Shown piece after piece: positions 24,382-32,702 of a stretch of DNA of 55,423 nucleotides. Below the pieces are notes generated by a model. That model made no database searches and was not told where the DNA came from. It was given only the letters and a program-made list of their open reading frames with translations. Position numbers and translations under genes: made by a program. The DNA is taken from assembly GCA_964448935.1 (NCBI GenBank), contig CAYVBE010000003.1:1-55423 (forward strand), given 5' to 3'. How positions within the stretch are numbered: position 1 is the first letter of the stretch; the number at the start of each line of letters is the position of its first letter. Origin of the DNA: an uncultured candidatus Brocadiaceae bacterium. GTDB taxonomy: Bacteria > Planctomycetota > Brocadiia > SM23-32.

Positions 24382-26328
24382 TCACATATTCTCTTGTTGC
24401 AGGAAACCAGCGATCACGCTGTGTATCTCCCGATTCAACCGCCAGTCCGTCACGATCAGGCTTCGGCTCAGTATGACGGTCTTCCGGAGGGCCTCCAACG
24501 GCCCGTCGAACACCCGATGCACGGCGGCGGGGGGCGCATCGGCAAAGTCGGCACACTCGCTGTCCGGCCCCACGCCGGGAAACATCCGCACGACGGCCGC
24601 CAGCATCTGCCACCACAGTTCCTCCGGAACCATGGCCCACGCGTCCGCCGGCTCCAGCTCCTCCGTGCGCAGGCGGTGAGGCCCCAGCGACCTGCTCCAC
24701 CGCTCGTCCTCGTCGAATATCTGCGCTATACGCTCCGGCAGGGGTGTATCGTCGTATCTCTCGGCCGCCTCGTGGGCCAGGCTCAACGTCTCGTCCAGCG
24801 CCACCGGCAGCGAGGTGCCGCCGTCCACCAGCAGCGTCTGCACGGCCAGCACACCCAGCGAGTAGAGGTCGAAGGGGGTGCTGAAGACGCAGAGCACCTC
24901 GAACGGCACGCCGTCCAGGGGCACGCCCTCGGCCGCGTCCAGGGCCGCCGCCAACGTCTCGTCGAAACGCCGACCCACCGTGCGGAATCGGACCTCTCCC
25001 TGAGCCAGCGCCGCCTCGGCGTGCAACTGGCCGTACAGGTCCACGCGCCGGTCCGCCAGGTTCAGGCGTATCCACAGTAGTTCATTGCCCGCCGGCTCCA
25101 GGCGCTCGTTCGTTACCAGCGTTCCTTCCAACGCGGTCTCGCCGTCGCCGGTCTTCAGGATGCGCCTTATCCGCACGGACCCTCGGCCGGCGGCGCTCCT
25201 TTGCGTGACCGACGGGTGGTAAACCGATCCCGTTCTGCGCCCCACCGTGGTGAAATAGCGGGCGTCGCTTTCCGGCATCTCCACCGTCACCGCCTGCCCC
25301 GGCTCCACCAGAGCCACGCGCGCCGTCCAGAACAAGGGCAATCCGGCAGAGGGCGGCGACATCTCCACGCGGAAGCTGCGGTCGGTAAGGTTCAGCAGGG
25401 GACGCCGCAACCGGCTGACCACGTGCCGAACCGCCTCCAGCGCGTCCACAAGGACCCGCACCTTCAGGTGGAATGTCTCGGCCATCTTGCCGGCCAGGCC
25501 CTGCCGCTCCTGGAACAGGTGCCCCCCGGCCGGCAGCTCATCCCCGGCGAATCCGGCGGCCGCCGGAGGGTTCTGCGCGCCCGGGTCGGCGCCCGCCGCC
25601 GGACGCTCTCCGCCCAGAAGGGCCACGAAATCCCCCAGCGCCAGCGGCGCGTACCGCCGAACCATCACCAGGCCGCCGCCGGGGTTCAGGGGCAGCAGAT
25701 CATCCTGCAGCCCGGTCACCTCGCTAAGCTGCGCCGTGCGTTCGTTCCGGGGCGAGTCCGAGGTCACGGGCACAAACGGGCTCTGCCCGCCCTTTTCGGG
25801 CGCGTAAAGGTATCGGGCCATGCTGCCGCCGTAGCCGGGCAGGCCGGCCTGCTGCAGGGCGCTTTCGTCCCGGCACAGGTTCAGCGCGGCGCCCGATTGG
25901 GACTCGACGGGGCTGAGCGCCTCGCCCGCGGCAAGGTCTATGAACAGCGGAGGCGGGTGCTGCCGCTCCCAGCCCGTCTGGATCACGCTGGAGGGGTCGT
26001 ACTCCCGCAGGGCGTCGAACAACTCGCCCATGCGCTCATCCAGTGCCGCGTTGCACAGCGCCGCCCCGCTCAGACCGGTGCTTTCGGGCAGCCGGTCCAC
26101 GTCCTGAAGCCAGAGTTCGACCCACCGGTGCATGCAGCCGCCCACGTCCAGCACGCACCCCAGCAGCACCCTGGCGTCCAGTGTGTCGCGCAGCAGCACG
26201 AAATGCCCCTGCGAGGGATGGGCCTCCTTCCTGGCCACCACGCATATGGTCAGGGGGCCGGCCGCCTGGTCCCCATGAAGGGGAACGGCCACCCAGTCCT
26301 CCGGAACGTGGGACAGCGCTTCGCTCAT
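24382..26328 (-). CDS. Hypothetical 648-aa cytoplasmic protein (T6SS-embedded)
   Basis: Long ORF with - strand coding bias and tight spacing to its neighbours. No TM or signal sequence. Only weak resemblance to kinase subdomains (RRPLLNLTDRSF; FSTPFDLYSLGVLAVQTLL) and no catalytic residues. Confidence 0.6.
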   Translation of the reverse strand: MSEALSHVPEDWVAVPLHGDQAAGPLTICVVARKEAHPSQGHFVLLRDTLDARVLLGCVLDVGGCMHRWVELWLQDVDRLPESTGLSGAALCNAALDERMGELFDALREYDPSSVIQTGWERQHPPPLFIDLAAGEALSPVESQSGAALNLCRDESALQQAGLPGYGGSMARYLYAPEKGGQSPFVPVTSDSPRNERTAQLSEVTGLQDDLLPLNPGGGLVMVRRYAPLALGDFVALLGGERPAAGADPGAQNPPAAAGFAGDELPAGGHLFQERQGLAGKMAETFHLKVRVLVDALEAVRHVVSRLRRPLLNLTDRSFRVEMSPPSAGLPLFWTARVALVEPGQAVTVEMPESDARYFTTVGRRTGSVYHPSVTQRSAAGRGSVRIRRILKTGDGETALEGTLVTNERLEPAGNELLWIRLNLADRRVDLYGQLHAEAALAQGEVRFRTVGRRFDETLAAALDAAEGVPLDGVPFEVLCVFSTPFDLYSLGVLAVQTLLVDGGTSLPVALDETLSLAHEAAERYDDTPLPERIAQIFDEDERWSRSLGPHRLRTEELEPADAWAMVPEELWWQMLAAVVRMFPGVGPDSECADFADAPPAAVHRVFDGPLEALRKTVILSRSLIVTDWRLNREIHSVIAGFLQQENM

Positions 26329-26378
26329 TTCCTGTCATCCGGCAACGGTTTGTGATCCGGTCGCTCGTTTGTCGGGCG

Positions 26379-26978
26379 TCAATTCTCGTTCAGAAGCTCG
26401 CAAGCATCGCCCCGCACGAACACCTTCTTGTCCTCCCGCGCGGAGTAATAGCCCACGCCCCAGTTCAGCGCATCGCCGTCCTCCGGCACAGTCCTCAGTT
26501 GCACCCGCAGGTCAAAGGGCTCGGCCCGCCGTCCCACGTATTCCAGGACGGTGGCGCCGACGGATTCCGGCTTAAGCTCCCCGCCGGTGGTCCGGAAATC
26601 GGGCACGCGCACAATCAGCTCGAACACGCCCCGCTCGCCCTCTTCCGGCAGGAAGTGGAAGGTGGTCACGCCGATGCTCCGCTGGGCCATCCACCCCTGC
26701 AGATATTCAAGACCCCGCCGCAGATGCCCGGCAACCGCCTTGGTGGTGCGGCCCTCGGGGAAGTTCTTCTCCACCGAGCAGATGCGCGTGTCCAGCGATC
26801 GTAACTGCTCGGAAAGCCCCTGTTGGTTGGCCCGCACCTTCTCGATTTGCTTCTCCAGCCCGGAGACCTCTGCGGACAGTTTATCGAACTCCCGGCTGGT
26901 CACCGCGCTGCCCACCGCCAGTCCGCCCAGAAGCGCCACGGACAGGCCTGCCACTAAAGTAGCTCGCACATCCTTCAT
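26379..26978 (-). CDS. Hypothetical N-terminally anchored coiled-coil protein (possible immunity or accessory protein)
   Basis: 199 aa. N-terminal hydrophobic segment LVAGLSVALLGGLAVGSAV, then heptad-like SAEVSGLEKQIEKVRANQQGLSEQLRSL, then a ~120-aa beta-looking domain. No family recognised. Confidence 0.55.
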   Translation of the reverse strand: MKDVRATLVAGLSVALLGGLAVGSAVTSREFDKLSAEVSGLEKQIEKVRANQQGLSEQLRSLDTRICSVEKNFPEGRTTKAVAGHLRRGLEYLQGWMAQRSIGVTTFHFLPEEGERGVFELIVRVPDFRTTGGELKPESVGATVLEYVGRRAEPFDLRVQLRTVPEDGDALNWGVGYYSAREDKKVFVRGDACELLNEN

Positions 26979-27290
26979 AGAACTCCGTTCTCCCGCTCAA
27001 AACACAACGAATGACCTCTTCGGGTCACGGGTTAGCCTGCTTTTCGCACACGAGCCTAACTGTATGTTATGCGGCCGACTTTGTCAACGTTTAAGAGGGT
27101 CCCGACCCAACCGCTGCCGGGTGCTATCTAAAACCAGCCGCTCTACAGGTCGATAAGGGGGCCGACAGCCGATTCGTAATCCGGAAGAGCATACACAGAT
27201 ACCACGCACAACCCTGAGTCGGATCCGGACCCTCGCGCGGGGTCGCTCGATTGGGTCGGGTAACTCGAGCAATCCCGGCAGGCGCGCTCC

Positions 27291-27737
27291 CTATCCCCGC
27301 TGCTCCTCGATAAACTCGAACTGCTGCACCGCTTCCATGAAGGCCGCTTTGCGGTCGTCGAAACGCCCGGATCTGTCGGTGCAGGTGACCACGACAGCAG
27401 CATCTTCCTTGACCAGATAAACCTGCATCTGCGTGATCTGGATTTCCGCATCGGGCAACATCCAGGTATGGGTTCTCTGGAAGGAGGCGAGACCGCCCAC
27501 CTGGAGCGGCGCCTCTTCCAGCACTTCGTACCCCTGCGGACCAAACTGCTCCTGCAGCTCGGACCGTTTCTCGGTGGCATAAGCCCGTGCCGAAATCGGC
27601 CACTCCAGCGGTTCTCGCGTCACCGTGATGGTCGGGCTGTATTCCTCCTCCCGCGGTCCTACCAGGATCACGTGAGAAGCGTCAACCCAACCATCCGGCA
27701 TGCCTATTTTGAAATCGTGATGCTTCAGCGTCTCCAT
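27291..27737 (-). CDS. DUF1795/DcrB-fold protein, Eag-type T6SS effector chaperone candidate
   Basis: 148 aa with no signal peptide. The pattern FKIGMPDGWVDASHVILVGP...SPTITVTREPL...Y....L.......GY.VLEE.PLQVGG...Q.QVYL....AVVVTCT...RF matches the recalled EagT6/EagR layout. Confidence 0.5.
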   Translation of the reverse strand: METLKHHDFKIGMPDGWVDASHVILVGPREEEYSPTITVTREPLEWPISARAYATEKRSELQEQFGPQGYEVLEEAPLQVGGLASFQRTHTWMLPDAEIQITQMQVYLVKEDAAVVVTCTDRSGRFDDRKAAFMEAVQQFEFIEEQRG

Positions 27738-27772
27738 CTTGCGTTCCTTCCCGTGATGTCAATCGAAACACG

Positions 27773-28981
27773 CTATCCGCCAAACAGACGGCCGATTCCT
27801 TTGGCGATGGCTCCACCTGCTTTCTTCATGCCGTTCCATGCTTTGCCCGCAGCTCCAGCCACAGCTTTGCCGGCATTCGTAAGGGCTTTCCCGCCGGCCT
27901 TCACGCCCACATGCTTGTCGAGCCAGCCTCCAGCGGACTCTCCGGCCTTTTCGCCGGCCCAGTGGCCCGCCATGCGGCCTATTATGCCACCGACGGCGGC
28001 GCCTACCAAAGCCCCTACCGGTCCTCCGACGCAGGCCCCCGCAATGGCACCCACCTTGGCGCCGGCAACCGCGCCGCCGTATCCACCCGCCATTCCGGCG
28101 CCAACTTTCAGGGCGGACTTGCCGGTATCATAGACCGTCCGCCCCACGGCATCCTCTCCTCCCCGGTGTGTTTCCCATGCCTGGTGGGCGCTCAGACCCA
28201 CCTCGGCCAGACCCGCGGCCACCTGGGCGGCGGCGCCCAGCTTCCCGAGTACCGAGCCGGTCTTACCCAGCATACCGCTCGAGGCGTGCCAGTCACCCGT
28301 GCCCGCCTTTGCAACAGCCTCCAGCACGGATGAGCCGTGGCTGCGAGCTGCTGAAGCTGCTCTGAGCATCCACGCACCGCGGAGGACGTTTTCCGCCTTG
28401 CCAACTTTGTCTCCGAATTCATCGAGCGCAGATTTCGTTCCCCGAAGCACCTCCCCCATAAACTCGGGACGCCCCGCCTCTGCGCCCATGCCGGCGCCCG
28501 ATGCTGCAGGGCCCACTTCCTGGAGGCCGGCCACACCGCCGGTGGCCGCACTCTTCCCAGCGGCGCCGGCCGGGGGTACCGCCCCGGTCGGCGGGCCCTC
28601 GGGGACTGGCTCGGTAAAAGCGGCACCTGACGCTTTGGCCGCTGAGAGTGAAGGTCCCACTCCACCGCCGCCGCCACCACCGCCACCCGCGTCGCCGATC
28701 ATGACTGTCGGATAGCCGACCACGATCACTCCCCCGTGCGCCGTCGAGTCCCCGATGCGGGCGGCCGGAAGACCACCTATCAACACCGTGGGCGAGCCCT
28801 TTACGATCACGTCCGGCGGCCCGGTGCATACGCACATGTCCGTGACCCGGGCCGCCAGCATGCCCCCGATAAGAACCGTGGGCGCACAGGGCCCGCTGAT
28901 CGGCCCGCCCACGTGAGGGACCGGCCCCGGATTGACCATGGGGCACGTGTGCATATCCGTCAGTCTCGCGGCAGGCGGCAT
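27773..28981 (-). CDS. PAAR-domain protein with poly-Gly linker and C-terminal glycine-zipper domain (membrane-targeting effector candidate)
   Basis: Residues 1-96 carry three PAAR/LAAR motifs (PAARLTDMHTCP, LAARVTDMCVC, PAARIGDSTAHGG). Nine consecutive Gly are encoded at nt 28661-28687. C-terminal GxxxG/A arrays (GAGMAGGYGGAVAGAKVGAIAGACVGGPVGALVGAAVGGIIGRMAG) are encoded at nt 27962-28105. Confidence 0.8.
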   Translation of the reverse strand: MPPAARLTDMHTCPMVNPGPVPHVGGPISGPCAPTVLIGGMLAARVTDMCVCTGPPDVIVKGSPTVLIGGLPAARIGDSTAHGGVIVVGYPTVMIGDAGGGGGGGGGVGPSLSAAKASGAAFTEPVPEGPPTGAVPPAGAAGKSAATGGVAGLQEVGPAASGAGMGAEAGRPEFMGEVLRGTKSALDEFGDKVGKAENVLRGAWMLRAASAARSHGSSVLEAVAKAGTGDWHASSGMLGKTGSVLGKLGAAAQVAAGLAEVGLSAHQAWETHRGGEDAVGRTVYDTGKSALKVGAGMAGGYGGAVAGAKVGAIAGACVGGPVGALVGAAVGGIIGRMAGHWAGEKAGESAGGWLDKHVGVKAGGKALTNAGKAVAGAAGKAWNGMKKAGGAIAKGIGRLFGG

Positions 28982-29055
28982 AGTGCCGGCTCCTCTTCTC
29001 TGGCCTATTCTAAGAGGTCTTCAGAAACCTGTTTCCGGTGCGCGAAAATCCGTAA

Positions 29056-29366
29056 GCGGTTGAATCGCCCCTCCGGGGCTCTGTTCTGGTTTTGGTCCCA
29101 TAACCCAGGACTACGACGCCTTTCGGCGCCTGCGCCCTGGGCTAACGTTGATACGGGCCTTCGGCCCTGACGGACCAACGGCCTCGCGATGCAATTATGC
29201 ACCACATCAGGTTTACAATGGTGACGGGACATCGCCGGTCCTCTCTGCCGTTAGCCCGCCGTGGGGCGGGCCTTTCAATGTTAGCCCAGGGCGACCGCAG
29301 GGAGCCCTGGGGACCAGGCGGCCAACCAACCCGGAGCCCGCCGTATGGCGGGCAATTCAACCGTTG
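29056..29366. repeat. Cluster of four REP-like units (TTGAWW box, 1 nt, GC hairpin), two per strand
   Basis: U1(+) is TTGAAT c GCCCC tcc GGGGC at 29060-29079. U2(+) is GGGCTAACGTTGATA c GGGCC ttc GGCCC at 29139-29167. U3(-) is GGGCTAACATTGAAA g GCCCGCC ccac GGCGGGC at 29287-29254. U4(-) is CAACGGTTGAAT t GCCCGCC atac GGCGGGC at 29366-29336. U2 and U3 are headed by a perfect 14-bp inverted repeat, CGCCCTGGGCTAAC (29133-29146) and its complement (29280-29293). Confidence 0.6.
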
Positions 29367-29464
29367 CGCGCGCTGTGCAACCCTGCGGCGGTCTTCGGAA
29401 CGCTCTTTCCGGTCCATGAAGCTCCGAAAGTGCTGCAAAGCGGAACGCATTAACGCAAAAGCGC

Positions 29465-29962
29465 TTACCCGGTCGGCGGGGTCATGGGCTCCACCGGCGA
29501 GTCAACAGGTCGCTCGCTGAACGTCAGGTCGCCGTTGGCGAACGCCGCCTCCAGCATCTGCCGCAGCCGGTCGGCCGGGACCGACGGGCCGCCCGCTCCG
29601 ACGATCTCCGGCACATCGTCCTCGCCGTCTGCGGCCAGTTCTTCCAGGTATTCCATCGCAGCGGCACACATCCCGTCAACGTCAGGTCCATCCTGCGACC
29701 AGGTCAAATCCGGATCGTCCCGAAAATCCGGCCCGAACGCAAAGGTCAGGTCCACGTACCGGCATACGCTTCGTTCTCCGACAACTCCGCAGCCGCGGGC
29801 GCGCTCGACCTGCTGCTCCACAAACGGGCGGACTCCCTCCCGTCCCAGGGCATCGCAGTGGGCCATAAATACCAGGCGCGCGTGCTCGACCAGCCGGTCC
29901 ACGAAACGCCGGAATGCCGCCGCGCCGAAGGCCTCCATCTGCTCCGGGGTAATGCGCAACAC
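29465..29962 (-). CDS. Hypothetical 165-aa acidic protein downstream of the DUF4123 adaptor
   Basis: GTG start 12 nt after the DUF4123 stop. N-terminal ITPEQMEAFGAAAFRRFVDRLVEH and a D/E-rich C-terminal half. No family recognised. Confidence 0.55.
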   Translation of the reverse strand: MLRITPEQMEAFGAAAFRRFVDRLVEHARLVFMAHCDALGREGVRPFVEQQVERARGCGVVGERSVCRYVDLTFAFGPDFRDDPDLTWSQDGPDVDGMCAAAMEYLEELAADGEDDVPEIVGAGGPSVPADRLRQMLEAAFANGDLTFSERPVDSPVEPMTPPTG

Positions 29963-29974
29963 CGGTCGTCACTC

Positions 29975-30526
29975 CTATGGGGCAAAAGTCCACGACGTGA
30001 CGTGTTCTTCCTCCAGCGACGCGCCGGCGGTAACATAAGCCTCCACGGGGCCGAAGAGCTCCTCGAGCTGGTCGTCATTGCCGCACGGCAAAAACGTCTC
30101 CATCACCCTCGGGTCGTAGTAGCGGAAATACTTCTGCTGGCCGTCGGGGTCTTCAACGATGAGAAGGCTCCGCAGATGGTCCCGCATCTCCGCCAGCCCC
30201 GCAGAGGAAACGGCGAACACTCCCCAGGGCCGGGTCCAGAGCATCTCGCGAATCCAATCTACCAGTTGCTCGTCCGCCCTGGCCAGAAACGGCGCGGACT
30301 CTGCGTGGAGCTCCGCCGCTTTGCCTTTGAAAAGGCAGCACACATTGCCGGGGCCCAGTTCCTGGGCCTTCTGCACGACAATCGGCGTGTCGCAGGCGTC
30401 CAGGATGGCCCACAGGTTCCCCTCCTCGGCTAAACTTTCGATCTGCTCCATAGTGCATTCCTCGGCGCACAGCAGTGCGGAGAGATGATCGCCTGTAGCC
30501 TGTCCATCCACTGTCAGCACCTGCAC
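29975..30526 (-). CDS. DUF4123-family T6SS effector adaptor (Tap/Tec type)
   Basis: 183 aa with a GTG start. LWAILDACDTP, SAPFLARAD, RPWGVFAVSS, LRSLLIVEDPDGQQKYFRYYDPRVMETFL, LFGPVEAY. Immediately downstream of vgrG. Confidence 0.8.
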   Translation of the reverse strand: MQVLTVDGQATGDHLSALLCAEECTMEQIESLAEEGNLWAILDACDTPIVVQKAQELGPGNVCCLFKGKAAELHAESAPFLARADEQLVDWIREMLWTRPWGVFAVSSAGLAEMRDHLRSLLIVEDPDGQQKYFRYYDPRVMETFLPCGNDDQLEELFGPVEAYVTAGASLEEEHVTSWTFAP

Positions 30527-30544
30527 ATATAGAGACGGAAGACG

Positions 30545-32674
30545 TCAGTACGCCGACTTGTAGCCCGTTTTCGAATCGTCCGCTTCCTTCGGCTCGGCGG
30601 GTTGTGCGGATGCAGCGTCGCTGGGCGCTTCCTGCGTGACTGGTGTACCTGTGCTTGGCGCACCACCGCTGTTTATGTTCACCAGATTTCCCTGTATAGT
30701 GACGCCCATGGGGTCGATACTTATGAACCCACCGGCGCCCTTCAGCATCAATGACATGGCGCTGTCCAGCACCATAATCATCCCGCTCTTCAGATGGACC
30801 TCCTGGCCGGCTTCCAGGAGGTAGAACAGGCCGGTCTTCACGTCCTGCTCGACGGCGACCTCGCGGTAAACACGCCCGTCCATCTGCTCTTTAAGGTCCC
30901 CGACAATGTGAACGTGCTTTGCCTGCTGAACCAGTTCCTTCTTCTCGCCGCCGACGACCTCATCCACGTTCCCGTCTGTGGTTATCTGAGTGTCTCCGCT
31001 CACCTTCTCCACATGGTCGCCGCCGACCGACAGGGCCTTGGAACCGCTCACCGCCTCCCGCTGGTTGCCCTGGACGATCAGGTGGCGGTCGTTCTCCACC
31101 GCCTCCATCAGATCGTTGGTGACCCGCATGTCCAGGTCCTTCTGGCCGTGGATGAATATCTGCTCCTCGCCCGCCGTGTCGTCGAATCGGATCTCGTTGA
31201 ACCCGCTGCCGCCCTTGGTGGAGTTGGTCTTGACGCCGCTCAGGTGGGGGTCGTGCCCGTGCTCGCCGTCGGGGCCCTCGCCCAGGTAGGCGGGCATCTG
31301 GTCGCCGTTATAGACGCAGCCGGTGATGAGGGGCCGGTCTGGATCGCCCTCCAGGAACTCCACCACCACCTCCTGCCCGATGCGCGGTATGTACATGCTG
31401 CCCCACCTCTTGCCGGCCACACTCTGGGCGCAGCGTATCCAGCAGGAGCTGTTCTCGTCGTTCTCGCCGTAGCGGTCCCAGTGGAACTGCACCTTGACGC
31501 GGCCGTACCTGTCGGTCCATATCTCCTCGCCCGACTTGCCCACCACGATGGCGGTCTGCGGCCCCTCCACCACTGGTTTGCGCGTTGTGCGGGCGGGACG
31601 GAAGGGCTCCTTCGACCCGATACACCGGAACTCGCAGGAATAGACCGGGCCCCGGCCCAGGGCCTGTCCGTCGGCGTCGAAATCGTCCGTCTCGAACTCG
31701 TAGTCGGCGCCCACCACCAGGTATTCCCCGCACTGGTCCTTGCGCGGATGATCGGTGAGTTCGAAGGTGTAACCGGTGCAGACGCCCCGGGCGTCGGTCT
31801 TGCCCCTCGCGACCCAGAAGACCGACTGCAATTCTTCCGTGCGGATGCGCGCGTAGCTCTCCCCGTCCCGGTATTCGGTGTAGCCGCCGGGGTAGTCGAA
31901 GACCTCGAAGCCGCTCATGGCGTGCTCTCTGTCCATCGAGCCCGATGCCAGCAGTTGCTTGCGCGGATTGGTGAAGTCGTAGTCCTCCAGCGCGTAGTCG
32001 GTGGTCTGCACCTTCTCTTCGATCTGCCAGAGGCGGACATGCTCGGCGTCGCTGCCGCCCATCTCCTCCGGCAGGTAGGAGACCTCGGCGTAGCCGGGAT
32101 AGGGCGCATGCGAGCCCGCAGAGTCCACCATCACCAGTGTGTGCCTGCCGTTCTCATGCTCGAAGTAGTAGTAGATGCCCTCGTCTTCCATCAGGCGGCT
32201 GACGAAGTTGAAGTCCGATTCGCGGTATTGCACGCAGTAGGTGCGCGGATCGTAGCTTCCGGTCAGGGAATCGTCGTATTCCCCGAAACCGTGCTCGTCG
32301 AAGACCTCCCGGATGATGTCCGGAACGCTCTTCTCCTGGAATATCCTGCAGTCGGCCGTCCGCGTGAGGAACCATGCCCACGGCACGACGGTCGCCACGT
32401 AGCAGCTTAGACGACCGAGCCGGCCGGTCTGCGCGAAGCGGTTGACGTAGCCGTTGAAATACCGCATCCCACCATCGCTCAGCTCCACTCGCACCGTCAC
32501 CAACCGGCCCACCAGGTCATCGAACTTGATCTCGTGGTTCTCGCTGAGCAGGTCCAGCCGGTATTCAAACAACCTGCCCAGCCGCTCCGTTCCCGTGAAC
32601 CGCCTGAGCAGCAGCACGTCCTCGCCCAGGGGCGTCTGGACGGCAATGTCCCGATGGGCCTGAATGCGTGGCAT
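30545..32674 (-). CDS. vgrG: Type VI secretion spike protein VgrG
   Basis: 709 aa. N-terminus LGEDVLLLRRFTGTERLGRLFEYRLDLLS, then gp27/gp5-like regions (RIGQEVVVEFLEGDPDRPLITGCVYNG). No extra C-terminal effector domain. Confidence 0.95.
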   Translation of the reverse strand: MPRIQAHRDIAVQTPLGEDVLLLRRFTGTERLGRLFEYRLDLLSENHEIKFDDLVGRLVTVRVELSDGGMRYFNGYVNRFAQTGRLGRLSCYVATVVPWAWFLTRTADCRIFQEKSVPDIIREVFDEHGFGEYDDSLTGSYDPRTYCVQYRESDFNFVSRLMEDEGIYYYFEHENGRHTLVMVDSAGSHAPYPGYAEVSYLPEEMGGSDAEHVRLWQIEEKVQTTDYALEDYDFTNPRKQLLASGSMDREHAMSGFEVFDYPGGYTEYRDGESYARIRTEELQSVFWVARGKTDARGVCTGYTFELTDHPRKDQCGEYLVVGADYEFETDDFDADGQALGRGPVYSCEFRCIGSKEPFRPARTTRKPVVEGPQTAIVVGKSGEEIWTDRYGRVKVQFHWDRYGENDENSSCWIRCAQSVAGKRWGSMYIPRIGQEVVVEFLEGDPDRPLITGCVYNGDQMPAYLGEGPDGEHGHDPHLSGVKTNSTKGGSGFNEIRFDDTAGEEQIFIHGQKDLDMRVTNDLMEAVENDRHLIVQGNQREAVSGSKALSVGGDHVEKVSGDTQITTDGNVDEVVGGEKKELVQQAKHVHIVGDLKEQMDGRVYREVAVEQDVKTGLFYLLEAGQEVHLKSGMIMVLDSAMSLMLKGAGGFISIDPMGVTIQGNLVNINSGGAPSTGTPVTQEAPSDAASAQPAEPKEADDSKTGYKSAY

Positions 32675-32702
32675 GGGGTTTATCTCCTGTCTGGTTCCGC
32701 TC

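Noticed and set aside
24382-26328. The 648-aa protein as the missing FHA protein or PP2C phosphatase.
   Set aside because: The two VGRR segments lack the downstream SRxH of FHA domains, and no DGHGG-type PP2C motifs are present.
29067-29093. + strand hairpin GCCCC-TCC-GGGGC followed by TCTGTTCTGGTTTT, as a rho-independent terminator.
   Set aside because: It is antisense to all flanking genes. The stem is only 5 bp. It fits better as one member (U1) of the REP-like unit family in this spacer.
29148-29453. Small ORFs inside the 483-nt spacer (29148-29453 +, 29197-29520 +, 29142-29450 -, 29005-29232 -).
   Set aside because: They have Pro/Arg/Gly-rich translations with no RBS or motif, and they overlap each other. 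The region is better explained by structured repeats.
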